Origin: Candidatus Magasanikiibacteriota bacterium
GTDB lineage: Bacteria; Patescibacteriota; Patescibacteriia; Magasanikbacterales; GWA2-37-8
Reading direction: 5' to 3'
DNA: 64,000 bases
NCBI GenBank assembly: GCA_016182085.1
Contig: JACOYB010000004.1
Span: forward strand, 339,923-403,922
The stretch's first letter is position 1. The number at the start of each line of letters is the position of its first letter. This document shows positions 9,501-18,526 of the stretch, piece by piece. Below the pieces are notes generated by a model. The model was not told the DNA's origin. It saw nothing but the letters and a program-made list of their open reading frames with translations, and made no database searches. Made by a program: the position numbers and the translations under genes.

Positions 9501-9560
9501 ATTAAGTAAAAAAACCGCATGGTTAAGGCGCTTTGTGTAGTATTTCAGCATTATTTTATT

Positions 9561-9582
9561 TTGTATACACTAGTGTATACAA
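9561..9582. promoter_or_regulatory. second perfect copy of TTGTATACACTAGTGTATACAA, extended to ATTTTGTATACACTAGTGTATACAAAAT
   Basis: Identical to the 9479-9500 copy; lies in the HTH / ECF-sigma divergent intergenic region. Confidence 0.6.
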
Positions 9583-9734
9583 AATAATTAAATTTGTCAC
9601 AGCCTATCAGAGTCGGAGTTTTTTTTGAAATCAGCTCTTAAATATGTCTTAAAATTCAGGGTTTTTAATTTGACTTTTACCTATTATATTGTTATGATGT
9701 GTATCACTGAAATTATGGTAATAGAGGCAAAAGA

Positions 9735-10370
9735 TTGCAAAACTGTAACACTTTCCTTATTCCTACGTCTACTATAATGTCTAGAAGTAAAATCTCCGAA
9801 AAAATCCTCTTATTCAAGCTTCATACCCGGAAAGACCCGGAAGCTTTCGCAAAGTTATACGATATCTATGCTAGACGAATCTATAGCTTTATTTTTTTTA
9901 AAGTCGGTAACAGAGAAGAAGCGGAAGATATAACGTCAGAAGTTTTCTTAAAGGCCTGGCGTTACATAAATGAAAAAAAGAACATAGAAAGTTTCAGCGG
10001 ATTATTATATAAGCTGGCGCGCAATTCCATAATTGACCTTTACAGATCCAAAGCAAGCCAAAAAGAACTTTTGTCGGTAGATCAAGAAATTGAAGCTGAA
10101 CAAAAATTGGGAAGCACGGCCGTATGGGAAGCTGGCTTTGAAAAAAAGATTGGAGATAAAATTGAAGTGCAAAAAATAATTTTGGCGCTGCAGAAATTAA
10201 AACATGAATATAGAGAAGTGGTAACGCTCAGATATGTTGATGAGTTAGAGATAAGCGAGATAGCGGAAATTACCGGTAAAGGCCATATCTCAATCCGCGT
10301 TACATTGCACCGAGGTTTAAAAAAACTGAAACAAATTTTAGATCAAAATAAAAAATCCGAGAAACAATAA
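9735..10370 (+). CDS. ECF-type RNA polymerase sigma factor (sigma-70 regions 2 and 4)
   Basis: Region 2 EDITSEVFLKAWRYI...LARNSIIDLYR; region 4 EVVTLRYVDELEISEIAEITGKGHISIRVTLHRGLKKLK. The tracker start is a TTG at 9735; an alternative ATG at 9777 (MSRSKIS) directly follows a TATAAT box. Confidence 0.8.
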   Translation: MQNCNTFLIPTSTIMSRSKISEKILLFKLHTRKDPEAFAKLYDIYARRIYSFIFFKVGNREEAEDITSEVFLKAWRYINEKKNIESFSGLLYKLARNSIIDLYRSKASQKELLSVDQEIEAEQKLGSTAVWEAGFEKKIGDKIEVQKIILALQKLKHEYREVVTLRYVDELEISEIAEITGKGHISIRVTLHRGLKKLKQILDQNKKSEKQ

Positions 10371-10383
10371 GACTTAAGACTGT

Positions 10384-11724
10384 ATGTCAAAGGAAATAAT
10401 CAGACAATTAAAATCTTTGAAGCATACCGAAACTGGTCCGAGTGAAGCGTGGTTGAAAAAAAACCGCGAGCTTTTGTTGTCTCAAATTTCAAACACTATT
10501 TCGTCAAAAGAAAAAGAACATGTTAAATTAAATTCTGAAAATTTGTGGCAGGCCATGTCAATATTTCTGCCAAAGTCCGTTGTGTATACGGTAGTAAGAC
10601 CCGTCATGGTGGTGGTGCTTATTGCGGTGATGGGCGTAGGCAGTTGGGTTGCCACCGTAAGCGCGTCGTATGAATCATTGCCGGGTGAATGGCTGTATTC
10701 TGCCAAACGCGCTACGGAAAAAATTCAGGTAGCCGGGGCAGATGCGGTGGGAGACAAAAATAACGTGGCCAAGCTTCATTCCGAGTTTGCTTTAAAGAGA
10801 GCGGTGGAAATGAAAAAAATAATTTCTAAAGGCAGTCCAAACAATATAGAGGTAGCCGCTAAAACCGTAAATGATCTTAAAGATGAGATTAAAAGTATAA
10901 ATAATAACCTGGAAGAGTTGAAAGTAACGGCAGATTCCGGCGCGGAAGTGGTAAAAAATATCAATCAAAATGCCCAAGAAATAAAGGATGTTTTAAAAGA
11001 AGTAAAAGTAAATTTGCTGGTTAGTAACGATGATGTAAAGGCGAGCGATCTGTCTTCTCAGGTTTCAGAAGTAAAAAATTTAGTAAAGGATACGGCAGTT
11101 AAAGCGGTTGAAGTGATGGTAGAAAAGCATTTACAAGGCGACGCGAGCGTTTCCAAAGATGATGTTAAACAGGCTATTAACGACCAGTTGCAATCCGCTA
11201 TCAAAGACGCCGCCGATTCCAAACAAAGCATTGCTGAAGTAAATAAAGTAATCGGGGTGGTAAAAACAGAAGTTGCGGGGATTGCTCAAGATGCCAAGAC
11301 TGCGGCTGTGGTGAGCAGCACTCAGGCGTTGTCTGAAAAAGTAGAAGCTACCTCCAAGCAAACCCAAGCCGCTGTAAACACTTCGCAGCAATTTAATACG
11401 GAAACGGGAAAAACTGTAACCGAAGGACAAGAATTTCTATCTCAAGATAATTTAACGCAGGCAGTAAATAAAGTAAGAGAAGCAAATGCCGTAACCGCTC
11501 AAGCGGAAAAAATCACGGATGATACATTAAAGGCAGTGCAAAATATTTTACCGGTTGTAGCGGTTGCATCTGAAGGGGTGGCCATTACGAGCAGTAGTAT
11601 TATAATCGTAACTACTACTCCCATAACGAGCAGCTCAGGAAAAATTATTACTGTTTCCACAACTATAAAAGTAACTACATCCACTATTCCGGTAGTAATG
11701 CCAAAATCAACCAGTACGTTTTAG
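10384..11724 (+). CDS. membrane-anchored coiled-coil protein; candidate anti-sigma factor by position only
   Basis: Immediately downstream of the ECF sigma gene. About 60 aa cytoplasmic N-terminus, one TM helix (VVRPVMVVVLIAVMGVGSWVATV), a long coiled-coil-like extracytoplasmic region and a Thr/Ser/Ile-rich tail. Confidence 0.4.
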   Translation: MSKEIIRQLKSLKHTETGPSEAWLKKNRELLLSQISNTISSKEKEHVKLNSENLWQAMSIFLPKSVVYTVVRPVMVVVLIAVMGVGSWVATVSASYESLPGEWLYSAKRATEKIQVAGADAVGDKNNVAKLHSEFALKRAVEMKKIISKGSPNNIEVAAKTVNDLKDEIKSINNNLEELKVTADSGAEVVKNINQNAQEIKDVLKEVKVNLLVSNDDVKASDLSSQVSEVKNLVKDTAVKAVEVMVEKHLQGDASVSKDDVKQAINDQLQSAIKDAADSKQSIAEVNKVIGVVKTEVAGIAQDAKTAAVVSSTQALSEKVEATSKQTQAAVNTSQQFNTETGKTVTEGQEFLSQDNLTQAVNKVREANAVTAQAEKITDDTLKAVQNILPVVAVASEGVAITSSSIIIVTTTPITSSSGKIITVSTTIKVTTSTIPVVMPKSTSTF

Positions 11725-11758
11725 TACTTTAAAACCAAAACTATAAAAAATAATTCCT

Positions 11759-11812
11759 ATATCTCTTTCCTGCTTGAAATGAAAAGTTTCATGGCAGACA
11801 GGAGAGAGATAT
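11759..11812 (+). other. nested stem-loop in the long 5' leader of the surface-protein gene
   Basis: TATATCTCTTTCCTG...CAGGAGAGAGATAT forms a 14-bp arm with one mismatch, enclosing the inner palindrome ATGAAAAGTTTCAT. Confidence 0.4.
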
Positions 11813-12006
11813 GCCCGGTAATTACCTGAATTAATTTAGGAAAATGCCGAGCCTTAGGAAATCGTTAATCACGGTTTTTGCAAAAGGTCGAGGGCTTGTA
11901 AAAGCTCGCCAAACCATTGTATCCCGACCAATCGGGAAAAAGTTTAGTCCACTTACTTCTGACGTTAGTTGGATGCGCAGCGGGCTAAATAAATTTATTT
12001 TAATTT

Positions 12007-15000
12007 ATGACTGATGTATTAAAATCCGTAAAAAAAATCTTTACGGTTAGCGTTGTCGGCGCCACCATGTTGTGGTCCGTTGGCGTTTCGGCTTTGTTGC
12101 CATCTGTTGCTGACGCAGCAGTTTGTCCAACACTTGCCGCCGGTGACATGATCAAGGTATCTGGTAAACCAGCTATCTATTCTGTCGACAAAATGAGTAA
12201 AGTTCTATATTTCCCTTCCGGTGATGAATTCAAGAGCTGGAATGAAACTAACTCCTATGGTGGTTACGTAACTGTAACTCAGGAATGTTTTGATTCCTTG
12301 CCAGTTCCTAGCACATACCCAGGCGCAGTAAACTACCGCGCCGGTTCATACGTTGTAAAGAGACCTTCCTCTGATCAATTGTATGTTGTTGAGCCAGGAA
12401 ATAAATTAGCAAAAATTTCTACAACTGATGCTGCCGCTTTATATGGCGCTAGCTACAAAGTAATGACTGTTGCCGACGCTTTCTGGCCTCACTATGTAAA
12501 TAGAGGAGCCGATATTGCCGGTATGGTTCATGAAGGTATGCTCGTAAGTAAAGATGGTAAAACATGGCTTGTAGATGCCGGTAATGTACTTCGTGAAGTA
12601 ACAGCTACTGGTATGACCGCTAACAGATTCAAATCTGCTTTCGTTCATGCTGTACCTGCTTCCTACTTGACAGCTACTACCGTTGGTTCTCCAGTTACTG
12701 CCCTAGAATCTGTTCTGTCTAACAGAACTCAAGATGGTGCTATCACCACTCCAGGTCCAGTAGTTGGTGGCAACCTAAATGTTACTTTAGCCGCTGATAA
12801 TCCAGCTGCTGGTAACATTGCTGACGGTTCTGCTTACAACAGCGTCTTAAAATTAAACTTAAGCGCTAGCGCAGCTACTCAAGTTACCGGATTAACCTTA
12901 ACCAAGACTGGTCTTATTTCTAATACAAATATCTCCGGTGTTAGCGTTTGGGATTCTCAGGGTAACCGCAAAGGCGATGTAATGACTTCCTTAACTTCAG
13001 ATAATAAAATAACTGTAAGTTTTGGATCAAGTCCATTACTCGTAGGAGCTGGTAGCAGCGAATCTTTAACTGTTAAAGTTAATATCGCTCCTGCTGCTAA
13101 CTCTGGACTCGTAGGCTTTAGTCTAGCTGCCGCTGCTGATGTTGTAAGTAATGGTACTGTTGCCGGATCATTCCCAATCGTTGGTAACCAAATGGCTATC
13201 ATTGATGGTAATGCTTCCTTAGCTTCTACTACTATTTCTGGTCAATCAGTAGGTGGTTCCGCTTCTCAACCTGCTAGCACTGCTTCCGGTAACTTAAATA
13301 TTGGCGATCTACAAAAAGAAGTTGCCAAATTTAGATTCACCGAACAGACTGGCAATGAAGATGTGTCTATCTCTAGAATTACTTTCTACGTAGCTGGTAC
13401 TATTCAAGATACCGACCTAGCTAACTGGAGTGTTTACGCTCCAAGCGGAGAAAAACTTGGTATGACAGCCGCAATGAGCAATCGTTACGTAACTGTTAAC
13501 TTTACCACTCCTTATGTAGTACCTAAGAGCACAAACCGTGATCTTACTGTAAAAGTTGATGTTGTAAACGGTTCAACCCGCAACTTCAATGTTCATATTC
13601 AGAGTGATTACGATGTATTGATTAAAGGTGTTACTACCGGATTCTACATCTTGCCTGGTTCCTTCTCAGACACAACTAGTACAACTGGTTGGTTCAACAT
13701 GGGTTCAGGTACACTAACAGTTAACAAGGCCGTCACTTCTCCTTCTCTAAACATTTCTTCTGGCGCACAAAGTATTGTGTTAGCTAAATTTGATGTTAAA
13801 GCTGTAGGTGAGAACATGGAATTGCGCAAGATGGGTCTTGGTGTAAACCAGGCCGCCGGTTCCAAGACTAAATTAACTGGCAATGTAATTGTTCGTGACG
13901 CAACAGATGGAACTGTATACTTGACTATAGCTGCTTCCGGTGCTGCTGTGTACGGTAGTGCAACACAATATACCTTATCCAGTTACTTGAATCTTAACTC
14001 AAATCAGACAAAGACCCTTGAAGTAGTTGGTAGTGTTGATTCTACTGCAACTTCTGGTGTAAGCTATCAGGTACAAATTGGTAACTTCTATGGTAAGAGA
14101 CTTTCTACTTTAGACTTTGCTGACAACTTGCCAACTTCTGGCAACACCTCTACAGCTGCCAACCAATTAACAGTAAGCGCAACTTCGCTCACTTGTTACA
14201 AGGATACAGCTATGGGTAGTGTTACCCGTGCTCCAGGTGCTACTACCGTAATTGGTCAGTACATCTGTACAGCTGGTACATCTGAAGATGTTCGTTTGAC
14301 AAACGTTGGCGTAGCCTTTGGTCTTGTTTCCGGTATGGCTTCCAACATGTTCCAGAACTTAACACTTTGGAACGGATCTACTCAATTGGGCACATCTTTA
14401 AGCACTGTTGCAAGTACATCAAACAACTTCAACTTTGACTTAACTGTTCCAAAGAGTCAGACTGTAACCTTGCAACTCAAGGCACTCGTTGTAACCGGAG
14501 CTTCCGGAGTCGTAACCACATCTTTCTCCAGCTATAACTATACTGGTAAAGACAGCGGTACAAGCGGAACTGGAAGTATCGTAGCTGGTCAACAGATTAC
14601 TGTTGGCGCTGGTAACTTAAATGTTACTGCCGTATCCGATGCTACTACCCTTTCAAAGGTGTATGGTCCTAACCAGACTGGCGTACAATTAGGTAAATGG
14701 AAACTTGCAGCTGCTAATGATAATGTTACTTTGAGTAAATTAACATTACAGTCTGTATACTCCAACTTAAGTGGCGCTGTTACAACTCTTGGTACATATG
14801 GCAGCTTGTCATTGTATGATGGCTCAACCTTACTGGCCTCTGCTAGCTATGTAAATGGCGATGTAGTGTTCACTGGTTTCAGCTCCACAATTACAATGGA
14901 TAGTTATAAAGTTTACACTTTGAAAGGCACCACAAATGGTTCCGGTGTAATTACTAATAACACCTCCACTGCTTTCGTAGTAAAGAGCGACAGCAATACT

Positions 15001-15705
15001 GACATGGAAGCTAGATCCGACGCTGGTTCACTCCTTGGTACTGCAGATATCAACTACAACACTGCAAGTAACGCAGGTAGCGCTGAATCCAGAATTGGTA
15101 CATCTACAGCTTACTTGTTCCATGACGCATACCCAACTATGACTGCTGTGTCACTTGGAAGTGCATTACTTTTGGATAGCCAAGCTAAGATCCTCAAATA
15201 CACAGTAACCAACTCTGGTGCTCGTGACTTGAGATTGTCCAGCACAACTGTAAACCTAAGCGTTTCCGGTTTAACTGGTTCTGGTGCTAACCTTGGTAGT
15301 GTTTCTGACTTCAGATTGTATGAAGACAATGGTTCTGGTGGTTTGGGCACATACTTGGCCAACACTTCTACCATTTCTATCAGCAGTACAACTCCTAACG
15401 CAGTAGCTTTGATCTTCGGTGTAGGAAATGATCAGAATAGTCTCTTTGACAACCTTGTGGTTGCTCCAGGAGCTAGTCGAACATTTATCGTAACCGCAGA
15501 CACTACTGACATGCTTGACGGTAAGACTACCGGAAGTGTAACACTTTCCGCTAAGATTGCCGGTTCAACTGGTTGGAGCGGTACAGCCTGGAACACAGGT
15601 AACTTGTTATACTTCTACACTCCAGTCGCAGGAAGTGAACAAGGCGCCTTCTCCCACTCAGACTCCTATGATGTATCAGGTACTTCATTGACCTACACAT
15701 TATAA
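12007..15705 (+). CDS. giant secreted surface protein (1232 aa), Thr/Ser/Gly/Asn-rich beta-rich; putative S-layer or adhesin-like envelope protein
   Basis: Signal peptide MTDVLKSVKKIFTVSVVGATMLWSVGVSALLPSVADA. Low-complexity beta-strand-like composition throughout. A roughly 280-nt leader upstream and a strong terminator downstream. Confidence 0.7.
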   Translation: MTDVLKSVKKIFTVSVVGATMLWSVGVSALLPSVADAAVCPTLAAGDMIKVSGKPAIYSVDKMSKVLYFPSGDEFKSWNETNSYGGYVTVTQECFDSLPVPSTYPGAVNYRAGSYVVKRPSSDQLYVVEPGNKLAKISTTDAAALYGASYKVMTVADAFWPHYVNRGADIAGMVHEGMLVSKDGKTWLVDAGNVLREVTATGMTANRFKSAFVHAVPASYLTATTVGSPVTALESVLSNRTQDGAITTPGPVVGGNLNVTLAADNPAAGNIADGSAYNSVLKLNLSASAATQVTGLTLTKTGLISNTNISGVSVWDSQGNRKGDVMTSLTSDNKITVSFGSSPLLVGAGSSESLTVKVNIAPAANSGLVGFSLAAAADVVSNGTVAGSFPIVGNQMAIIDGNASLASTTISGQSVGGSASQPASTASGNLNIGDLQKEVAKFRFTEQTGNEDVSISRITFYVAGTIQDTDLANWSVYAPSGEKLGMTAAMSNRYVTVNFTTPYVVPKSTNRDLTVKVDVVNGSTRNFNVHIQSDYDVLIKGVTTGFYILPGSFSDTTSTTGWFNMGSGTLTVNKAVTSPSLNISSGAQSIVLAKFDVKAVGENMELRKMGLGVNQAAGSKTKLTGNVIVRDATDGTVYLTIAASGAAVYGSATQYTLSSYLNLNSNQTKTLEVVGSVDSTATSGVSYQVQIGNFYGKRLSTLDFADNLPTSGNTSTAANQLTVSATSLTCYKDTAMGSVTRAPGATTVIGQYICTAGTSEDVRLTNVGVAFGLVSGMASNMFQNLTLWNGSTQLGTSLSTVASTSNNFNFDLTVPKSQTVTLQLKALVVTGASGVVTTSFSSYNYTGKDSGTSGTGSIVAGQQITVGAGNLNVTAVSDATTLSKVYGPNQTGVQLGKWKLAAANDNVTLSKLTLQSVYSNLSGAVTTLGTYGSLSLYDGSTLLASASYVNGDVVFTGFSSTITMDSYKVYTLKGTTNGSGVITNNTSTAFVVKSDSNTDMEARSDAGSLLGTADINYNTASNAGSAESRIGTSTAYLFHDAYPTMTAVSLGSALLLDSQAKILKYTVTNSGARDLRLSSTTVNLSVSGLTGSGANLGSVSDFRLYEDNGSGGLGTYLANTSTISISSTTPNAVALIFGVGNDQNSLFDNLVVAPGASRTFIVTADTTDMLDGKTTGSVTLSAKIAGSTGWSGTAWNTGNLLYFYTPVAGSEQGAFSHSDSYDVSGTSLTYTL

Positions 15706-15746
15706 TCTGAGATAAAGGCATAAATCTGTAAAAAGTTTACAGAGCA

Positions 15747-15780
15747 AAACCCGCCCGCAAGGGCGGGTTTTTGTTTTTAA
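15747..15780 (+). terminator. rho-independent terminator after the surface-protein gene
   Basis: AAAACCCGCCCGCAAGGGCGGGTTTTTGTTTTT. Confidence 0.8.
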
Positions 15781-15855
15781 TTATTTTTTCTTTTTTTATT
15801 TTTAATCCTTTTCTCTTTGTAGTTGTTTTATTTAGTAAAAACATTTTCCCGTCTT

Positions 15856-16345
15856 TTATCACCCCATTTTGTCAGCAAAAACACACCTCCCTTACCCCCT
15901 TTCTTTTAAAAGAAAGGGGGTGGAAAGAAATCGCTCGCGGTGGAAAGATTCAGAAAATTTAGGATTCGTTATTCGTTAATTTTCAAAACTCGCCAGCTTA
16001 TTATAAAAGCTGTCTCAAACATTGAAAATTTACTTTGGCCGCCTTAAGGCGGCCAAAGCTAACACTCAAACTCATCTCTAAATTTAACTTCGTCCTTTCC
16101 AAAGCGAGCCCGGACAATCGACGGACACCGTTGTTGTCCAACGGTCGATAACCGAGCATATGGCGAGTGATGCTACTGGCCACGGTGAGGGTAAGCGGTG
16201 CCTTCTTTAAGGCACGGGCAGTCATAAGGTAGCTTGCTGATTGACTGCCCGAGTGAACCCTAAACCGATTGGCAGTAGCGAAATGAGACATCAGCGAGGC
16301 AGTTTTGGGGCATCACCCCGTTTTGCTGACAAAATGGGGTGATAA
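15856..16345. mobile_element. 490-bp element bounded by perfect 25-bp terminal inverted repeats (TTATCACCCCATTTTGTCAGCAAAA), with a GC-enriched, hairpin-dense interior; MITE-like or structured ncRNA locus
   Basis: Left repeat 15856-15880 and its exact reverse complement at 16321-16345. The interior holds perfect hairpins: CCCCCTTTCTTTTAAAAGAAAGGGGG (15895-15920), CTTTGGCCGCCTTAAGGCGGCCAAAG (16033-16058), GTGCCTTCTTTAAGGCAC, GGGCAGTCA...TGACTGCCC, and ATCGACGG...CCGTCGAT. Interior GC is about 50% against a 38% background. No target-site duplication was seen. Confidence 0.45.
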
Positions 16346-16420
16346 GGGTTGGCAAGTGGTTTTTTATTAAAGAAAGCGGCTATAGAAGTATTGCAAAAGA
16401 TGAAAAGGAAAGCTCTTAGC

Positions 16421-16449
16421 TTGACAAATGACCTATTTTATTGTATATT
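16421..16449 (+). promoter_or_regulatory. sigma-70-type promoter of typA (TTGACA, 17-nt spacer, TATATT)
   Basis: cTTGACAaatgacctattttattgTATATT, about 50 nt upstream of the typA ATG. Confidence 0.55.
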
Positions 16450-16499
16450 GCCTGCACATTCTGCCGCGATTGGCAGAATTTTAAATTAGAAATACTTGT

Positions 16500-18305
16500 A
16501 TGAACATCCGCAACGTTGCCATCATCGCCCACGTAGACCACGGAAAGACCACACTTGTGGATGCTTTGTTGCGTCAATCCAAAACTAAATTATCCAAAGA
16601 ACAAGATAGTCAGATTACAATCATGGATAGTAATGATTTGGAACGTGAACGCGGTATTACGATTTTTTCCAAAAATGCTTCCGTAGAATGGAAAGATACA
16701 AAAATAAATATCATTGATACCCCGGGACACGCTGACTTTGGCGGGGAAGTAGAAAGAGTTTTGAAATTAGCTGATGGTTGTTTGTTGCTTGTAGACGCCA
16801 AAGAAGGCCCAATGCCTCAGACCAGATTTGTGCTCAAAAAAGCTTTGCAAATGGGGCATAAAGTAATTGTAGTTATAAATAAAATTGATAAACCAGGCGC
16901 CAGACCAAATTGGGTGCTAGACAAAACTTTTGATTTGTTTGTGGAACTTGGAGCCAGCGACGAAGTGGCTGAATTCCCAGTTATTTATGCTTCCGCCAAA
17001 AATGGTAAGGCCGGTATGGCACCGGATCTAGAAGCAATGACCGACATTACTCCTGTTTTTGATACGGTGTTAAAATTTATTCCTGAACCAAAAGTAGATC
17101 CAAATGCGCCGTTGCAAATACTCATTACTACTATTACCGGCGATAATTTTAAAGGTAGAATTGCGACTGGCAGAATCTATAACGGCACAATCAAAACTGG
17201 CCAAGATATAATGCATATAAATAGAGAAGGCGTAATGAAAAAATGCCGCGTTATGGCGCTCATGACATTTTTTGGTTTAGAAAGAATAGAAGTTCAAGAA
17301 GCGTTTGCCGGAGATGTGGTGGCTATTGCCGGTATTGGAGATATAAACATCGGTGAAACTGTGGCTGATGTTGCCAGCCCGGTTGCTTTGCCGCTTCTTA
17401 CCATAGAAGAACCAACTGTTAAAATGACTTTTAGTGTAAATAATTCTCCGTTTGCCGGAAAAGAAGGGGAATTTACCACTTCCAGACAGATTCGCGATAG
17501 ATTATTTAAAGAACTAGAAACAGACATGGCTCTAAAGGTGGCCGATGGTACCGAAGGCAATTGGATTGTTTCTGGCCGCGGTGAATTGCATTTAGCAATA
17601 CTTATCGAACGTCTGCGCCGAGAAGGATTTGAATTCCAGATTTCTCGTCCGCAAGTTATTATTAAAGAAGTTGATGGTCAAAAAATGACTCCTTATGAAC
17701 AAGTGTTTGTGGAAGTTCCCGAAGCTCATTCTGGAGCGGTAATCCAAAAGTTGGGCAGCCGCCACGGAGAATTACGAGAAATGAGAACCGAAAATGGCAT
17801 AGTTTTCTTAGAGTTTATTATTCCAACCCGCGGGTTGTTTGGTTATCGTACCGAATTTTTGACCGACACCAGAGGTTTGGGAATTATCAATACAATTTTT
17901 TATCAGTACATGCCGGATCCGGCCAATTGGCGCGAACGCGATCAAGGATCGCTTGTGGCTCACGAAACTGGTGTTACCAATTTGTATGGACTTCTTAATG
18001 TGCAAGACAGAGGAGTTATGTTTATTGGCCCTGGTGTGCAGGTTTACAAAGGCCAGGTAGTGGGTCAAAATGCGCGCAGTGAAGATATATCTGTAAATGT
18101 ATGTAAAGAAAAACAACTCTCTAACATGCGTTCCAAAGGCGATGGCGTGAGCGAACATTTTAACGCGCCAAAAGTTATGGATTTGGAAGAAGCGATGGAA
18201 TATATCGGTGATGATGAACTTGTAGAAATTACTCCAAAAAGCATTCGCATCAGAAAAGTTATCTTGGATGAAAGCGAAGCCAAACGAAAAGCACGGGGAA
18301 TGTAA
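16500..18305 (+). CDS. typA: translational GTPase TypA/BipA
   Basis: N-terminus MNIRNVAIIAHVDHGKTTLVDALL with G1-G5 motifs, an EF-G-like domain architecture, and a length of 601 aa. Confidence 0.92.
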   Translation: MNIRNVAIIAHVDHGKTTLVDALLRQSKTKLSKEQDSQITIMDSNDLERERGITIFSKNASVEWKDTKINIIDTPGHADFGGEVERVLKLADGCLLLVDAKEGPMPQTRFVLKKALQMGHKVIVVINKIDKPGARPNWVLDKTFDLFVELGASDEVAEFPVIYASAKNGKAGMAPDLEAMTDITPVFDTVLKFIPEPKVDPNAPLQILITTITGDNFKGRIATGRIYNGTIKTGQDIMHINREGVMKKCRVMALMTFFGLERIEVQEAFAGDVVAIAGIGDINIGETVADVASPVALPLLTIEEPTVKMTFSVNNSPFAGKEGEFTTSRQIRDRLFKELETDMALKVADGTEGNWIVSGRGELHLAILIERLRREGFEFQISRPQVIIKEVDGQKMTPYEQVFVEVPEAHSGAVIQKLGSRHGELREMRTENGIVFLEFIIPTRGLFGYRTEFLTDTRGLGIINTIFYQYMPDPANWRERDQGSLVAHETGVTNLYGLLNVQDRGVMFIGPGVQVYKGQVVGQNARSEDISVNVCKEKQLSNMRSKGDGVSEHFNAPKVMDLEEAMEYIGDDELVEITPKSIRIRKVILDESEAKRKARGM

Positions 18306-18414
18306 GATCAGTCCTTAAAGTTTATAAAGTTACGGATATTTTGACGGACAATTATTTTTTTGTTAAAGTTTATTAACTTGTGACTTTATAGACTTTTGAC
18401 TTTTCAAACTTCAA

Positions 18415-18486
18415 TGGCCCCATCGTCTATCAGTTAGGACACGACCTTCTCAAGGTTGAGAGACGGGTGCGATTCCCGTTGGGGCT
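18415..18486 (+). tRNA. tRNA-Glu (anticodon CTC)
   Basis: Acceptor GGCCCCA/TGGGGCT. The D-arm TCGTCTA...AGGACAC resembles bacterial tRNA-Glu. Anticodon stem CGACC/GGTTG with loop TTCTCAA; T-arm ACGGG-TGCGATT-CCCGT. The T-loop is slightly non-canonical. Confidence 0.7.
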
Positions 18487-18487
18487 A

Positions 18488-18524
18488 CAAATATAAAAGA
18501 CACCGTTTTGGTGTCTTTTATATT
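18488..18524. terminator. perfect palindromic (bidirectional) terminator hairpin
   Basis: AAATATAAAAGACACCGTTTTGGTGTCTTTTATATTT. The flanks extend into an imperfect 35-bp inverted repeat that includes an inverted copy of the tRNA T-arm (CAACGGGAATCGCAG, 18536-18550). Confidence 0.7.
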
Positions 18525-18526
18525 TG

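Noticed and set aside
16001-16291. 96-aa minus-strand ORF inside the inverted-repeat-bounded element
   Set aside because: Lies entirely within hairpin-dense GC-enriched sequence and lacks a ribosome-binding site and protein-like composition. More likely an incidental frame across a structured RNA or MITE. Kept as a caveat in the finding.
15883-16320. tmRNA (ssrA) or RNase P RNA in the hairpin-rich interior of the inverted-repeat-bounded element
   Set aside because: No tRNA-like acceptor/T-arm ends, no tag-peptide reading frame ending ...AA-stop, and the RNase P-like strings (GGAAAGGAC, CAUAAGGUA, GAACCC) are scattered on opposite strands in the wrong order.
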